Source: Macrostomum hystrix
Taxonomy: Eukaryota > Animalia > Platyhelminthes
Assembly (NCBI GenBank): GCA_950097015.1
Contig: CATNEN010000003.1
Coordinates: 15,314,001 to 15,378,000, forward strand
Direction: 5' to 3'
Length of the DNA: 64,000 nt
How positions within the stretch are numbered: position 1 is the stretch's first letter; every line of letters starts with the position of its first letter. A program made the position numbers and the translations under genes. This document shows, piece by piece, positions 25,030 to 42,200 of this stretch. The notes under the pieces are model-generated. The model was not told the origin of the DNA, searched no databases, and saw nothing but the letters and a program-made list of their open reading frames with translations.

Positions 25030-26302
25030 TCCAGCACTAATCCCATAGGCTAACAATGTGAGAATTAACTGATGGATGGGATCTTGCACTAATCCCATAG
25101 GCTAACAATGTGAGAATTAACTGATGGATGGGATCTTGCACTAATCCCATAGGCTAACAATGTGAGGATTAACTGATGGATGGGATCTTGCACTAATCCC
25201 ATAGGCTAACAATGTGAGGATTAACTGATGGATGGGATCTTGCACTAATCCCATAGGCTAACAGTGTGAGGATTAACTGATGGATGGGATCTTGCACTAA
25301 TCCCATAGGCTAACGATGTGAGGATTAACTGATGGATGGGATCTTGCACTAATCCCATAGGCTAACAATGTGAGGATTAACTGATGGATGGGATCTTGCA
25401 CTAATCCCATAGGCTAACAATGTGAGAATTAACTGATGGATGGGATCTTGCACTAATCCCATAGGCTAACAATGTGAGAATTAACTGATGGATGGGATCT
25501 TGCACTAATCCCATAGGCTAACAATGTGAGGATTAACTGATGGATGGGATCTTGCACTAATCCCATAGGCTAACAATGTGAGGATTAACTGATGGATGGG
25601 ATCTTGCACTAATCCCATAGGCTAACGATGTGAGGATTAACTGATGGATGGGATCTTGCACTAATCCCATAGGCTAACAATGTGAGGATTAACTGATGGA
25701 TGGGATCTTGCACTAATCCCATAGGCTAACTATGTGAGGATTAACTGATGGATGGGATCTTGCACTAATCCCATAGGCTAACATTGTGAGAATTAACTGA
25801 TGGATGGGATCTTGCACTAATCCCATAGGCTAACAATGTGAGGATTAACTGATGGATGGGATCTTGCACTAATCCCATAGGCTAACAATGTGAGGATTAA
25901 CTGATGGATGGGATCTTGCACTAATCCCATAGGCTAACAATGTGAGGATTAACTGATGGATGGGATCTTGCACTAATCCCATAGGCTAACAATGTGAGGA
26001 TTAACTGATGGGTGGGATCTTGCACTAATCCCATAGGCTAACAATGTGAGGATTAACTGATGGATGGGATCTTGCACTAATTCCATAAGCTAACAATGTG
26101 AGGATTAACTGATGGATGGGATCTTGCACTAATCCCATAAGCTAACAATGTGAGGATTAACTGATGGGTGGGATCTTGCACTAATCCCATAGGCTAACAA
26201 TGTGAGGATTAACTGATGGATGGGATCTTGCACTAATCCCATAGGCTAACAATGTGAGGATTAACTGATGGATGGGATCTTGCACTAATCCCATAAGCTA
26301 AC
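25030..26302. repeat. 52-bp minisatellite (about 24 copies)
   Basis: Unit gcactaatcccataggctaacaatgtgaggattaactgatggatgggatctt; period 52 (780=15x52); degenerate related units at about 24325-24430. Confidence 0.97.
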
Positions 26303-26758
26303 ATTTATCTAATTTAAAGCAGTAAAAAGTATATAATAGTTAAGTTAAAAGAAGCATTTACAAAAAATCAATGCAAAAAGTATACCAGACGACATCGAAA
26401 AAATGCATTCTTTTTTCTTTTAAAATTAAAAGCACAATAAGAGGAAATAATAGTTTTAAACAACAACTGATTTGCACGGGTCTTAGTTAATTGCACATTG
26501 ACACTTTTACTTTAAAAACAATTTAAAACAAAAAATGCAACATAAAAAAAGTTTTTAAAAACCTAGAAACAAAACTGAGCACATTTTAGGCCATAGTTAA
26601 GGAGAAAAGTTTCTGTCTTCATCAGAAACAAGCTTGTAATTTGGCAAAAAATTAGTTGCTATATAGCTAACTAATTAGATGACGAGTCAGTCATTATCTA
26701 ACTAGACGTATAGTTACTCCCGCCGTTTACCCAAAAACATTCGGATCATTTAAATTGA

Positions 26759-29286
<2,528 letters not shown>

Positions 29287-31622
29287 TCACACTGCTTTAG
29301 AGGTAGCTAGCTGATTATAAAAGGAAAGAATGCTAATTTCGGCTAAAAAGGCTGAAAACAAAAAAGTTGTGGTAATACAACTTTTTTGCTAAGAATAGTT
29401 GAAATATGCAACAATATCAATAGCAAAGCAAGATTATATCTTGAAGTAAACATTTTAATAGTACGTTGTAACTAATATACTTGAACTTACCAACAATGTG
29501 TTTCTACCATACTCATGTTGACTTACAAAGTAATCAAAGCGGGTAGTTTAGAAAGTACTTGAAAGGTTTTATGTACTTTGTGTTTTTAACCACTTTGATT
29601 GACTAAGTTTAGAATTTTTATAACCTGTCTACTTGCAAAGTACTTTTTATATCCTACAAAGTATCCTATGTCTGTGTCAAATTTATTGACTTGCCAAGAT
29701 ATACAAACTCTTATATTGGTTTAACTTTGAGTTAAAAAAAGCAAAACGCTAAATCTTAAAAATTGCAAGAACTGGCAACATAAAGCCTGGCATGGATAGG
29801 GACTCAAGTGAGCAAAAAATAGAAAAAAAATAAATAACAATGCTATGTACTAATGAAAAAAAGAACATGAATTTTATGTTTAGAAAATAAAGCCTACTAT
29901 TAATAGAAAGAAGATAAGATTTACTTTACAACAAGTGTTTATACTCTACAATTAGTACAAAAACAAAAAGTTATATAGTGCCAAAGTTTGTTACTTTTTT
30001 AAAGTATTCACTGTGTGATCGAAATTTAGAAAAAACTAGGCCTACCTTACCTAGAACTTAACAATTTTACTAATGCATTGATACTGATATAAACAAATTA
30101 AAAATTTAGAAATAGGATATAAAAATCTATATTAACAATTATTTTTTGTAAAAGACTGTTTTTTAGTTTGCAAATTTTTGGTTGAATGTTTTTTTCTTTT
30201 TTCAATCGTTGTTATAGTGTTTTCTAAGTGTATCCCATTAAAATTTTATGTAGAATATGATATACTCACACCTTTTTATTTTCCTTTAGTGGAATCTGGA
30301 AACATGTTTCTCTAATGTACCCCCTTTACGCATTTCAGATGGCTTTTGCAGTTAACTGTAAATAGTAAATTGGTGTCTATGTGACGTTTGTTTGTTAAGC
30401 TATGGAATAGGTATGGCTTTGCCTCTTCTTTAAAGACAAAAGATTTTTATATTGTAAACAAATATACACATCTTGTCAGCATAGTAATCCTATTCAATGT
30501 AAAATCAAAATTTAATACTTTAATACTAAGATATAAGATACTAAGATAAGTTAATAGACTATATATATATTCCATAGCACAGAGAGTGAAAAAAAGAATT
30601 ATATGCTTTTGTCATTTTTAAAATCCACTAAAAATAAACAAGTTTTTGGAATTTTTTTGTTTTTCAAGTCAAATCTATCCGGTCATCTGGATCACAGCCC
30701 CTTATGGGAAAAATACATTACGAAAACAACTAAAATGTTGATCAAAAAAATTGATATAAGTATTATTACTTGACTAATTTTGATGAGTAAGGTGTCTTTT
30801 AACTCAGAAAAGCAGACTCACTCAGATTTGTAACATAAGACAACCAAAAATATGGCATTTTTTATTTCTCACTGGAGCCCCTAGCATGGAATTGCCTAGC
30901 AACCATATCAACATAACTGTGCATGTGAATATCACAAAAGGCACACACAATTCATCATTGTCAAGTTTTGTGCAGAGAGCAGAGCATGGTACCAGTGAAA
31001 ATTTATTTGATCTCCACCTCAGCAAGCTCCTCTGGTTCCAACTCTACCCAGAGTTTTGGCAAACTTTCTTTATGGGCTGACTCAGTAATAAGCTGTCTAA
31101 TAGGCCTACTGTTTAAAAAGTAGATTTTTGTTCTCTTGAAATTTGAGGTCAAAAAATTTAAATGCAAGAAACTAAGAAAATTGGTGAATTGCCTAAGTTT
31201 CTTTCAACAACAAGTTAATTGCAGACTATATGGTATAAAACCGAAAAGCCTATCTATCAACCATTGGCATATTTTATGAGGCAAGTGAAGCACATGATTT
31301 AAATTGAATCTGCAATAAATCTAGAATAGTTACCATAGGGCTAACAAAGGCTCTGGCCAAAATAGTAATATTCTAAATCGTCACATAAGGGTTGTAAAAA
31401 AAATAACAAAATTATCTAAATCGTCATATTGTCCAATGTGGACAATGTGTATATAATAGGCTATATCTATGCTTTTATATCTTACTGTATATATGCTTTT
31501 ATAACAGACTGTATCTACGCTATATCAATGCTTTCATAATAGAATATATTGTTTTACGTATGAATAAATTCTTCGTTGTTACTGTATTCATGCTCATTCT
31601 TAGAAAGTTATAAAAACACGTA

Positions 31623-32269
31623 TAGGGTAATGTATCATCAACCAAACAAGAATGTGTATTTTTTTAACTTCAAACCTAAGCTACAGATTTTCTATTTAAG
31701 ATATGATGATAAATCAAAAGCCAAGTTATAGAAAACAGTTACATCTTTCTAAAAAGTATCTGCTTTTGCTATTTTATCAAATAGAAAAAAGTTATTCCTG
31801 CTTTTTTTTCTAAAACCGAACAATGATTTTCATGTATCTTCAAACCAAACAGAGAATTTGATGTTTGGTTTTAAAATTTGAGTGAGTGGTTTAATCTTAT
31901 TTTAAGGAGTTAACTATCATGAATTATGTCATTCGAAGGCATTTTTCATGCTCTATAAATAACTACATTTATGGTCATTTAATTGGCAAGCAACCACATA
32001 CAATCTTAGTCTAAAGTACATACTGAAAAAATGTTGTTAAAAAGTATGCTTTTGCAATAAAAATTTCTACTGAAACATCAATATCTTTCTTTCCTCTTAA
32101 TGCTTCATTGCACATCATGCCTCAGCTTGTAGATAATTTCTTCAACTTTCAAATTAGTTGTTCTGTGAAACACAATAGCTTGTTTCTGTCTTGCATAAGA
32201 CCAAGGAAGAAGTCAAAATTCTTGTTCGGTTTTGAAGATACACTGTTCGGTTGATGATACATTACCCTA
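31623..32269. mobile_element. Old non-autonomous inverted-repeat element (MITE-like)
   Basis: tagggtaatgtatcatcaaccaaaca at 31623 is the reverse complement (1 mismatch) of tgttcggttgatgatacattacccta ending at 32269; related internal tgtatcttcaaaccaaaca motifs; TA flanks. Confidence 0.55.
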
Positions 32270-32630
32270 ATTTTTGCTTTGTTTTAATACACCGAAGAAA
32301 TTCTTTGTTTTACTATGCCTATCCACCTCTTTTTATACTATAAATACGAGTGCTTTTACCCACCTACAATCAACGGTCCGCAAGTTGGAAGTTCAATAAT
32401 AAACATTTGATAAACCTATAAGTTCTTTACTCAAACTCACTTGTGTTCTATGTTAGTAATTGTTGGGAAGCGAAACCTGATTGGTTATTGGTGATTCAGA
32501 ATTGAGCAATAGAGTTATTAACTAATACATATGTTGTGCTTGTTTGGTACCCTCCAATCGATTGGAGCCTTTAAAGACTGGGTGTGATCAATAAGTATTA
32601 AAAAGAGTAATTCTATACAGTTAAAGTAAA

Positions 32631-33316
32631 GGCAGAGCTTATTCCCACGGTCCCGTGCCGATAATTTCAATTTTATCCACACGGATCCGTGCCGATAATT
32701 TTCTGCTTATCCACACGGCAGCTTGTATAAATAGGTCTACAACTCTTTATATATGCCGTGCCGTTAATTTCAATTTTATCCACACGGTTCTGTTCTTTGA
32801 AACGAGGCCCTTTCAGATTTGAACGTTTTGTTGAACCCTCGAGCCAATAGATCGACAAAGTTGCCAGTGTGTTACGACAGTGTTCTACATTTCGACCTAC
32901 ACATTAATTAACTGACATTAATGTCATCTTTTTTAATTATTTTAATAGCAACTTACTAAATCTTTTGTCATCGTTACGTGTTTTCATTCGAATTGTATTG
33001 ACTTAAAGAGTAAAAAGTCTATCAAAGAAAATCATACGAGTCAACCAGCAGAATTCTAGTCAGCACCAAACTCGTCACACATTAGGCCCTACACATCATT
33101 GTTATTATTTTACACTATTCATTGATAGTGTACACTATACACTATACTCTGAAGCAAAAGCCTTATGCTCAGAGAAGAATTAGAATAGGTACATAGGGAC
33201 TTGAAAGTAGACCTATTCATACAAGCTGCCGTGTGGATAAGCAGAAAATTATCGGCACGGATCCGTGTGGATAAAATTGAAATTATCGGAACGGGACCGT
33301 GGGAATAAGCACTTCC
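32631..33316. mobile_element. MITE / non-autonomous DNA transposon with about 110-bp TIRs and a 9-bp TSD (MULE- or Merlin-type)
   Basis: TIR ggcagagcttattcccacggtcccgtgccgataat.. vs ..attatcggaacgggaccgtgggaataagcacttcc; TSD taaagtaaa at 32622-32630 and 33317-33325; subterminal repeats ttatccacacgg/ccgtgccgataat. Confidence 0.88.
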
Positions 33317-36014
33317 TAAAGTAAAAGTGTCTTACCGCTCGGGCACTTATGATTTGCTACCGCAGTAATTGAATTTATATTAAAGTGTTATACTTACCTA
33401 TAAATTGGGAGATTTTTAAAGCATAACGAAAGTTGACATTTAATAAGCATTTTTGCAGTGGATAAATATAAGTAATTTACAAAGAATAAGAATAAAGAGA
33501 AGGGCCTTACTACAATTGGTGACGGCTGTGAGATTTTAGAAAATAGCCCTACAAGTACAACAAATATGACATTACAAAGTCATCATATTGTTATTTTATT
33601 GGCTTCACAAACAGCTTTGCTAAAAGCATAAACGAAGCAAATTATACATTTTTGGCCTTGTCTCACTTAGCTCTACAAAAATATTGTTTTTTAAGCCACT
33701 CAAAGTACATTGCACATTACATAACATGTGCAATGTGCACTGAATTTCATTCAGCATGTAGCTATTTACATGTAACTCAAACGTGCCCTTCTATTGCATC
33801 GTCCTGATTTGCAATATTTGCATAGGCCTATTGCCTATTGCATTTGTCTGTTCATTGTGCCTACCTAACACTTTTATCAGTGCTTTTTTTCTGCATTTAC
33901 TTTTTTAACTGCCTTTAAATCAATTGTTTGAATTATGCATTATCAAATATTCAAATCACATTCATAATTAAAATGAGCAATGAACAAATAGTCAAGATCG
34001 TCATATTAAATTGAATATTGGGACACTTTTGCGCAAATCGTCATCATCATATGACGTTTTAGAATATGACGATTTGATCTGTATCTGTTGCATTTTTAGA
34101 TGAAATCGTGAGTTTATATTCGAATCCAAAGATCCGAATCAGAAAATTCGAAACACAACACTACAAATTTTGGATTCAGATCTTATGCATAGAAGAAGTA
34201 ATCGCAAAACGGAAATGGCCCCTGCCCTGGCCCAGTATGACGATTGAATAAAAAGCTTGCTTATAAATTATTAAAGCTTGTTTGCTAGTTAATTAAAAAA
34301 TCTAAACATGAAAACAAATCACTTTGCAGCATACTTCAAAATCAATACTTCTGCAGCTAACTTGAAAAAAAAGAACATAAATAATTAATTAATTCAAACA
34401 TGACCGAAAAGTTATTCTACGATTTTCTCCCATTCAAAAATGTAGCACTTATAAAGTCTTAACGCTTTAAGCGTCTTAACAAAGCGTAGAAGTTCTTTAA
34501 AAAATCCATTGGCTGTAACTTTAATTACAGAATTAAAATTTTACTAAATCATTTTTTATTGCACATATCTAAAACGACTAATATATTCCTGCATTTACGT
34601 TCGTACCGAGCCATGAGCAATTGCCTGGCCGCCGCTGTAGTCAGGCTTTTGCACATTAGCTTAACCTAGAACACAGGTGGTTGTGCATTACGCTCTCAAA
34701 ACCTTACCAGTACTTGATTTTTGCTCATTCATTTGTAAACAGTCACTTAATTCTTAGATTCTATTTTCCCAGCAGCTCATGTAAAACGACGTAAACTGTT
34801 TCATGCAGATAATGTACAAATGTTATACAGTACGGTTGTACAGTACGCTCGTACTAAGTATAAAAACTTGATGAAGAGCCAGGCAAAATAAAAATAGAAA
34901 AAACTAAATATTTGACAAGTCAATTTTTAAGGCGACAAATCAAACGGTTCACAAAGTTTGTCGTTTTTAACATGAATGAATTTTTAGTACTCATAACAGT
35001 GTATATAATTATTAATTATTAAGCAAAGAAAGGCTGCTAATGAGACCATTCACATATTTACGAGTAATACATGAATGCCATGGTCTAACTGGAGAAGCAA
35101 ATTAAAAGAAGCATGCAGCCTTCTGCAGATATATCGTTCAAATTATTATAGTTTAACTAATCTAGTTTTGAATACTTAGCTGCATATACGAGTCGTAAAT
35201 AAAGTTTTATAGATAAAGTCGACCTGAAAATCTTTTTTTGATATAGTGAACACATTGTCATTGTCGTTGTTAGTTTTAGAATACATTTTGTGGAACATTC
35301 ACTAGCCACTGCAATAAAATTTTAACTTGTGTTACAAGTAAAATTAAACTTGTTACATTTTGTATAATAAGAAGTCGCTGTTTCTTCTGGACGATATTAA
35401 ATGGCCAGTCGACTTGATTACTAAAATGAAAAGTACAAGTAGCAGTTTTGCTTTTTTTGTCAAGATTAATAGAGATTCACAGCATGGGAATAATGGATAT
35501 GTGGCAGAAGTATTTTAGCAATTAAACAGGGACTTCTGTTTTGCGTGAAGAGGTTTTAATATTAATAACATAAAAAGTGTTAGAATTTAATACTATAATT
35601 ACATATAATAATTTTCTTCGAGGTTATTCACACGTTTATTTATTTTTTTGGACTGTGGACACATCCGAATTTCTAACCACAGCTGACGCTTTATACCAAT
35701 TTCACAGTTCAGTCAACTAATGCAATGGGGAGTTTACAGTAGAAAAATCACGCCAAATTCCAAATACCCACCAGCTACTTCAGCTAGATTGCTCCCAAAC
35801 TGAAAAACATATTTTGGTTGAATTCGACAAGAATCGTTGAATATCTCGCCGATGTTTTGTGATTTTGGAAGTTATTTCAACGGATATTAGCGGAAAATTT
35901 TTGCCCATGTTATGGATTTTTATGGCGATGTTCAATATAAGTGAAGAAATAAAATAATAAAACAATTTGGTATTTAAAACACCGCCGTGCTCTTTCTATT
36001 GTTAAAATGTCAAC

Positions 36015-36088
36015 CGCTCAGGGACACGAACACATGCGATTGCTTCCGTTGGACTCCGAATCGAACTCCCGACCTTTTGGTCAGAAAA
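36015..36088 (-). mobile_element. Degenerate SINE tRNA-head fragment
   Basis: Minus strand aaggtcgggagttcgattcgg..gtgtccctgagc resembles the family B head and CORE start. Confidence 0.45.
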
Positions 36089-36205
36089 CTACTTGTATTA
36101 CTTTTAACCAAATAATCAAATCATAATTAAAACGACAACATTTACGAAAAAGCCGCAGTAGCGACTAAAACAATAAAAAGAGTTTTGATTCAAATTCGCG
36201 CGATC

Positions 36206-39200
36206 TCAAACCTCATCCGTGGCGTAATCAACTCCGTCTAAATTGTTCACCTCGTCCGCTTTGCTGGCGCACCCGTCAAACAGTGGCACCTCGGCAGGAG
36301 ACTTGTTCTCAGCATCTGCAGGACCATTGCGACGATTCTTCCAATAGGCGACGTCAGCCACAGCCGCCATCGCCGACGCCGGACCCTCCATGAGGCTGCT
36401 GGTTCCGGTGTTTGGCGATCGATGACTCGGCGACTGGGTCGATAGCAGCACGCCGTGCTGCTGCTGCTGCTGCTGACCGCGATGCTGATGCCCGACTGCT
36501 GGGGCATTGAACTTCTGCAATTGACGATTCATCTGAGACTTTCTGACTTCGAGACATCGGTGGCTTCGTGACGATGCGCTGTCGCTTCGCCTTGTAATTT
36601 CACCTTCCCAAATTCTCACCTTTCCAATTTCTCCACCTCCCAAAAATTGCACCTTCCCTCAGTCTCACAATTCTGAAAATTCTTCTTATAATCTCACGTT
36701 CTCATAATATCACTTATGAGAATATCACTTATCACTAAATTCCACTCTATTAGCCTCTCAACTTCTTTGAAATAAAATTTTCTTGAAAATCTCACTTTAC
36801 ATAAAATCCCACCTTCGGTAAGTCACTTTTAGTACTCTCAAAAAGACCCTAATTATACGCTCTCGTATTACATTATAGTTTAAAACAAAAATCAAGCAAA
36901 CTACTAGTTAGTAGGCAAAATGGGCATCAACTTTGAAAAAAACTTACACAGCGAAGCGTGTTTAAAAAATTAGCCCGGTAGCTCTTGCTGAATGCGCAAT
37001 AGATCCAAGGATTCACACAGCAATTGCTGATTCCAATCCATTGGATAACAGGTAGAACCTGCTCTAAATAGGGCATGAACCATAGACTACCTGGATCTTC
37101 GACAAAGTTCAGCATGATGGCAATCACGTGCAACGGCAGCCAAGAAAGAGCGAAAATAAGTACAACTGTCACGAGCATTTTGATTAGTCGGCTCATCTGC
37201 TTCTTGTCCTGGGCGTTCGACGATCTGGGTAGGTGAGATAACAGACAAGGTGAGATGACAGATAAGGTGAGATAACAGACAAGGTGAGATAACAGACAAG
37301 GTCAGATAACAGACAAGGTGAGATAACAGACAAGGTGAGATAACAGACAAGGTGAGATAACAGACAAGGTGAGATAACAGACAAGGTGAGATAACAGACA
37401 AGGTCAGATAACAGACGTCAGATAACAGACAAGGTGAGATAACAGACATGGTGAGATAACAGACAAGGTCAGATAACAGACATGGTGAGATAACAGACAA
37501 GGTGAGATAACAGACAAGGTCAGATAACAGACAAGGTCAGATAGCAGACAAGGTGAGATAACAGACATGGTGAGATAACAGACAAGGTCAGATAACAGAC
37601 ATGGTGAGATAACTCAGAGATAAAAAGATAATATAATATCACAGTAATAGCTCTATGCAGTATATTTTTCTCTCATTCTGACTGCCATTAAACCCTAGAA
37701 GCAAATGTTGCTCTTGACTATTGTTTCAGATAACATATCAAAATTATTTTTAGACGAGTGTACTGCGAGTATAAAAATCATATTCTACCGTTTGCTAAAG
37801 GCGTGCAAGTTGGTATTTAACATTGTTTCACATCGGATAGAATGGAAAGTTTTAGGCGGTGATAAAAAAACAAGTTTTTTATCATATTTTTTAAGAAACT
37901 AATATTTGTCTTGGAAAAATGCTATCCGTAATTTCTGGGAAAACTAATCGTTAGTAATCAAATTTATTTTTAAAACAGTAATCGTTCTTAGAAAATTTGT
38001 TTTGATTTACTTATTTCTTTGAAACTATTTCAAACTAACCTTCTTTTTAAAAAGCCGTATAGATTTAAAAGTAAGAAAAAGTTATAAAAACCTCCCAGAA
38101 CTGTTTGTTAAAATAGAAATAAATAGCTTACTTTCTTAGAAATTCCTCCTGATTGACAGATCTCCGGCTGAGTTTGTTAGCTACGAGGGTATAGCAGACC
38201 ACAATGAATAATAGTGGGCCGGCGTACAGTAGACAAAATATGATGCCCAGCTGGTAGACCCGATTGTACAGTGGACTCATTGTGCTGCGACACGACAGAT
38301 AAGTCGCATTGCCGGCCTTCTGCGGTCGCAGGTCGTAGGTGATGACCCAGGGCGACAGTAGGAGCAGTACGTAGGTCCACATGGCCAAAATAAAGCCGAC
38401 AGTTTGTTTCTTGGATAGATGCCGCTTCAATGGCCGACAGATGGCCAGATAGCTTGTGGAAAGAAAGGGTTACAATTATGGATTTTTATCGAAGCAGGTA
38501 GACCTGTTAGACAGAGAGTGACCTGTTAGACAGAGACTGACCTGTTAGACAGAGAGTGACCTGTTAGACAGAGAGTGACCTGTTAGACAGAGACTGACCT
38601 GTTAGACAGAGACTGACCTGTTAGACAGAGAGTGACCTGTTAGACAGAGAGTGACCTGTTAGAGAGTGACCTGTTAGACATAGAGTGATCTGTTAGACGG
38701 AGACTGACCTGTTAGACAGAGACTGACCTGTTAGACAGAGAGTGACCTGTTAGACGGAGACTGACCTGTTAGACAGAGAGTGACCTGTTAGACAGAGAGT
38801 GACCTGTTAGACAGAGAGTGACCTGTTAGACAGAGAGTGACCTGTTAGACAGAGACTGACCTGTTAGACAGAGACTGACCTGTTAGACAGAGAGTGACCT
38901 GTTAGACAGAGAGTGACCTGTTAGACAGAGACTGACCTGTTAGACAGAGAGTGACCTGTTAGACACAGACTGACCTGTTAGACAGAGAGTGACCTGTTAG
39001 ACAGAGAGTGACTTGTTAGACAGAGAGTGACCTGTTAGACACAGACTGACCTGTTAGACAGAGACTGACCTGTTAGACAGAGACTGACTTGTTAGACACA
39101 GACTGACCTGTTAGACAGAGAGTGACCTGTTAGACAGAGAGTGACCTGTTAGACAGAGAGTGACCTGTAAGACACAGACTGACCTGTTAGACAGAGAGTG

Positions 39201-42200
39201 ACATGTTAGACAGAGACTGACTTGTTAGACACAGACTGACCTGTTAGACAGAGACTGACCTGTTAGACAGAGAGTGACCTGTTAGACACAGACTGACCTG
39301 TTAGACAGAGAGTGACCTGTTAGACAGAGACTGACCTGTTAGACAGAGACTGACCTGTTAGACACAGACTGACCTGATAGACAGAGAGTGACATGTTAGA
39401 CACAGACTGACCTGTTAGACAGAGAGTGACTTGTTAGACAGAGAATGACCTGTTAGACAGAGAAAGACCTGTTAGACAGAGAGTGACCTGTTAGACACAG
39501 ACTGACCTGTTAGACAGAGACTGACCTGTTAGACAGAGACTGACTTGTTAGACACAGACTGACCTGTTAGACAGAGAGTGACCTGTTAGACAGAGACTGA
39601 CCTGTTAGACAGAGAGTGACCTGTTAGACACAGACTGACCTGTTAGACAGAGACTGACCTGTTAGACAGAGACTGACTTGTTAGACACAGACTGACCTGT
39701 TAGACAGAGAGTGACCTGTTAGACAGAGAGTGACCTGTTAGACAGAGAGTGACTTCTAAAACATCGTAAAGGCAAGATAAAAATAATCCATGGTAATTAG
39801 TGCACATTCAAACTTATGTTTTTCTTTGATATTAATTTTAGATGCATGCCTGATTTTCACCGGGAAAATCATGTTAATCTCAAATGTGACGCAGTCAAAT
39901 TATCGTAATCGGATCTTACTACAAACAAAAACTAAACTCCAGAATTCTTCCACTGCAAAAGCAGATTTAATTCAATTTAGCTTTCGGGCTTAAAATACAG
40001 TTTCCTTTCCAGTTCGGTAAACTAACTAAAAAAGTATATGATGTGTAAATCAGTATCATGTACATCGATAACGCATCTACCTCTCGCACCAAGGTCCTGA
40101 GCTCGATTCCGCGGCGAGGCCACATTCGTTTGGGCCAACCTCCAAGGCACAGTGAAATGTACACTGCCTGACGATAAGAAAGTCAGGGCAGATGTACACA
40201 CCTGTGTGAGCGTGTGCCTGCCTACAGTATCTGTGTGCGTGTGTGCTCAGGAGTCAGCGAAATGGGCAGAATTGCCTCCTCGCTGGCTGCGGGTCTAGTG
40301 TCACCAAATGATGAGTCATTGCCCGCAGCCCTCCTGCAATTAGTATTATTAACTATTATTGTATCTATATCATGCACAGCTATATTATTTACATCTAAAT
40401 CATGTACATCAACATCATGTACATCCACATAATGTACATCTAACAGTGAAATTTCATATGATCCGACAGGGCACTTTAAAAAACAAACCTTGTCATTACG
40501 TTTCAACTTACCGGTCGAAAGCGATGACACTCAAAGTGGTGACTGAGGCAGCCACGGCCACACCCTGAAGGTAGGGCATCGCTTTGCATAACGCCTTGCC
40601 GGCCACCCAGTCTGAAATATTTGCAATAAAAATTAATCTAGACATGCGTTTGTACTACTTAATAAACTGTAACGGATAAGTAGTATGCAAATTATATTAA
40701 AAAGCACGTAGAATACGCTCGTGGACATGAGAAGACAGGGATTAGAGATTGTAGAGATTGCGAGACAGGTACAAGTAGAATATAGATAAGGCGACAGGTA
40801 GAGCAGAGATAAGGATACTAGAAAAGTAGAGATAAGGATCGACAAGGTGTTAAGATAGAGAAGAAATGATGGTCTGGTAGATTGGTTCGAATTGGTTAGA
40901 AAGGTGGAATAGCGGTTGCAGGTGGAGTGCACAAAAAGTACAAAAAGTGATGAGTTAGAAGGCTCCGTCGATAAAAGGATGATTCCCAACTGGATCAGGA
41001 TGATAAAATTAATCTGATATGAATTCGTTCACTTTTTTTAATCCCATCAATATGGTTTTCCTTCCGCATGAACCATCAAAAGCTTATTTTCCACATGGCC
41101 ATCCTACATCTAGTGCATATTGTACTGTGTGGGTTTTCTTAACTGATTGATTTTCTGTTGAGTTCGATTGTGCGACTTAACATATGTTCAAACAGACCTA
41201 GCAGCTTAAAAGACCAGTGTTCTCGTCGAAACCATTTTTATCGACCAAACAATTTTGAAACCTAATTTTTTTGCCCAAAATCCTTATCTATACCCGATTT
41301 CATAATCTACCTAATTCCTTATCTACCTAATTTTTTATGTATCTAATTCATTATCTACCCGATTCCTTATCTACCTAATTTTTTATGTATCTAATTCATT
41401 TTCTAGCTGATTCATTATCTACCCAATTCGTTATCTACCCAATTCGTTATCTACCCAATTCGTTATCTACCCAATTCGTTATCTACCCAATTAGTTATCT
41501 ACCCAATTCATTATCTACCCAATTAGTTATCTACCCAATTCGTTATCTACCCAATTAGTTATCTACCCAATTCATTATCTACCCAATTAGTTATCTACCC
41601 AATTCGTTATCTACCCAATTCGTTATCTACCCAATTAGTTATCTACCCAATTCGTTATCTACCCAATTCGTTATCTACCCAATTCGTTATCTACCCAATT
41701 CGTTGTCTACCTAATTTGTTATCTACCTGATTCATTATCTACCCAGTTCATTATCTACCCGATTCATTATCGACCCAATTCATTATCTACCCAGTTCACT
41801 ATCTACCCGATTCATTATCTACCCAATTCATTATCCACCCAATTAATTATCTACCCAGTTCATTATCTACCCAATTAATTATCTACCCAATTCGTTATCT
41901 ACCCAATTCGTTGTCTACCTAATTTGTTATCTACCTGATTCATTATCTACCCAGTTCATTATCTACCCGATTCATTATCTACCCAATTAATTATCTACCC
42001 AGTTCACTATCTACCCGATTCATTATCTACCCAATTCATTATCCACCCAATTAATTATCTACCCAGTTCATTATCTACCCAATTAATTATCTACCCAGTT
42101 CATTATCTACCCAATTCGTTATCTACCCAATTCGTTATCTACCCAATTCGTTATCTACCCAATTCGTTATCTACCCAATTCGTTGTCTACCTAATTTGTT

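Noticed and set aside
25030-26302. CRISPR-like array
   Set aside because: No unique spacers, no cas genes, eukaryotic context; a plain 52-bp minisatellite.
32673-33275. Multiple TTATCCACA DnaA-box matches
   Set aside because: They are subterminal repeats of a eukaryotic MITE TIR; a bacterial origin is implausible here.
40165-40192. CTGACGA..GAAA hammerhead-like core in SINE A
   Set aside because: Only 3 nt between CUGANGA and GAAA (no stem II), and the flanks pair as a simple hairpin.
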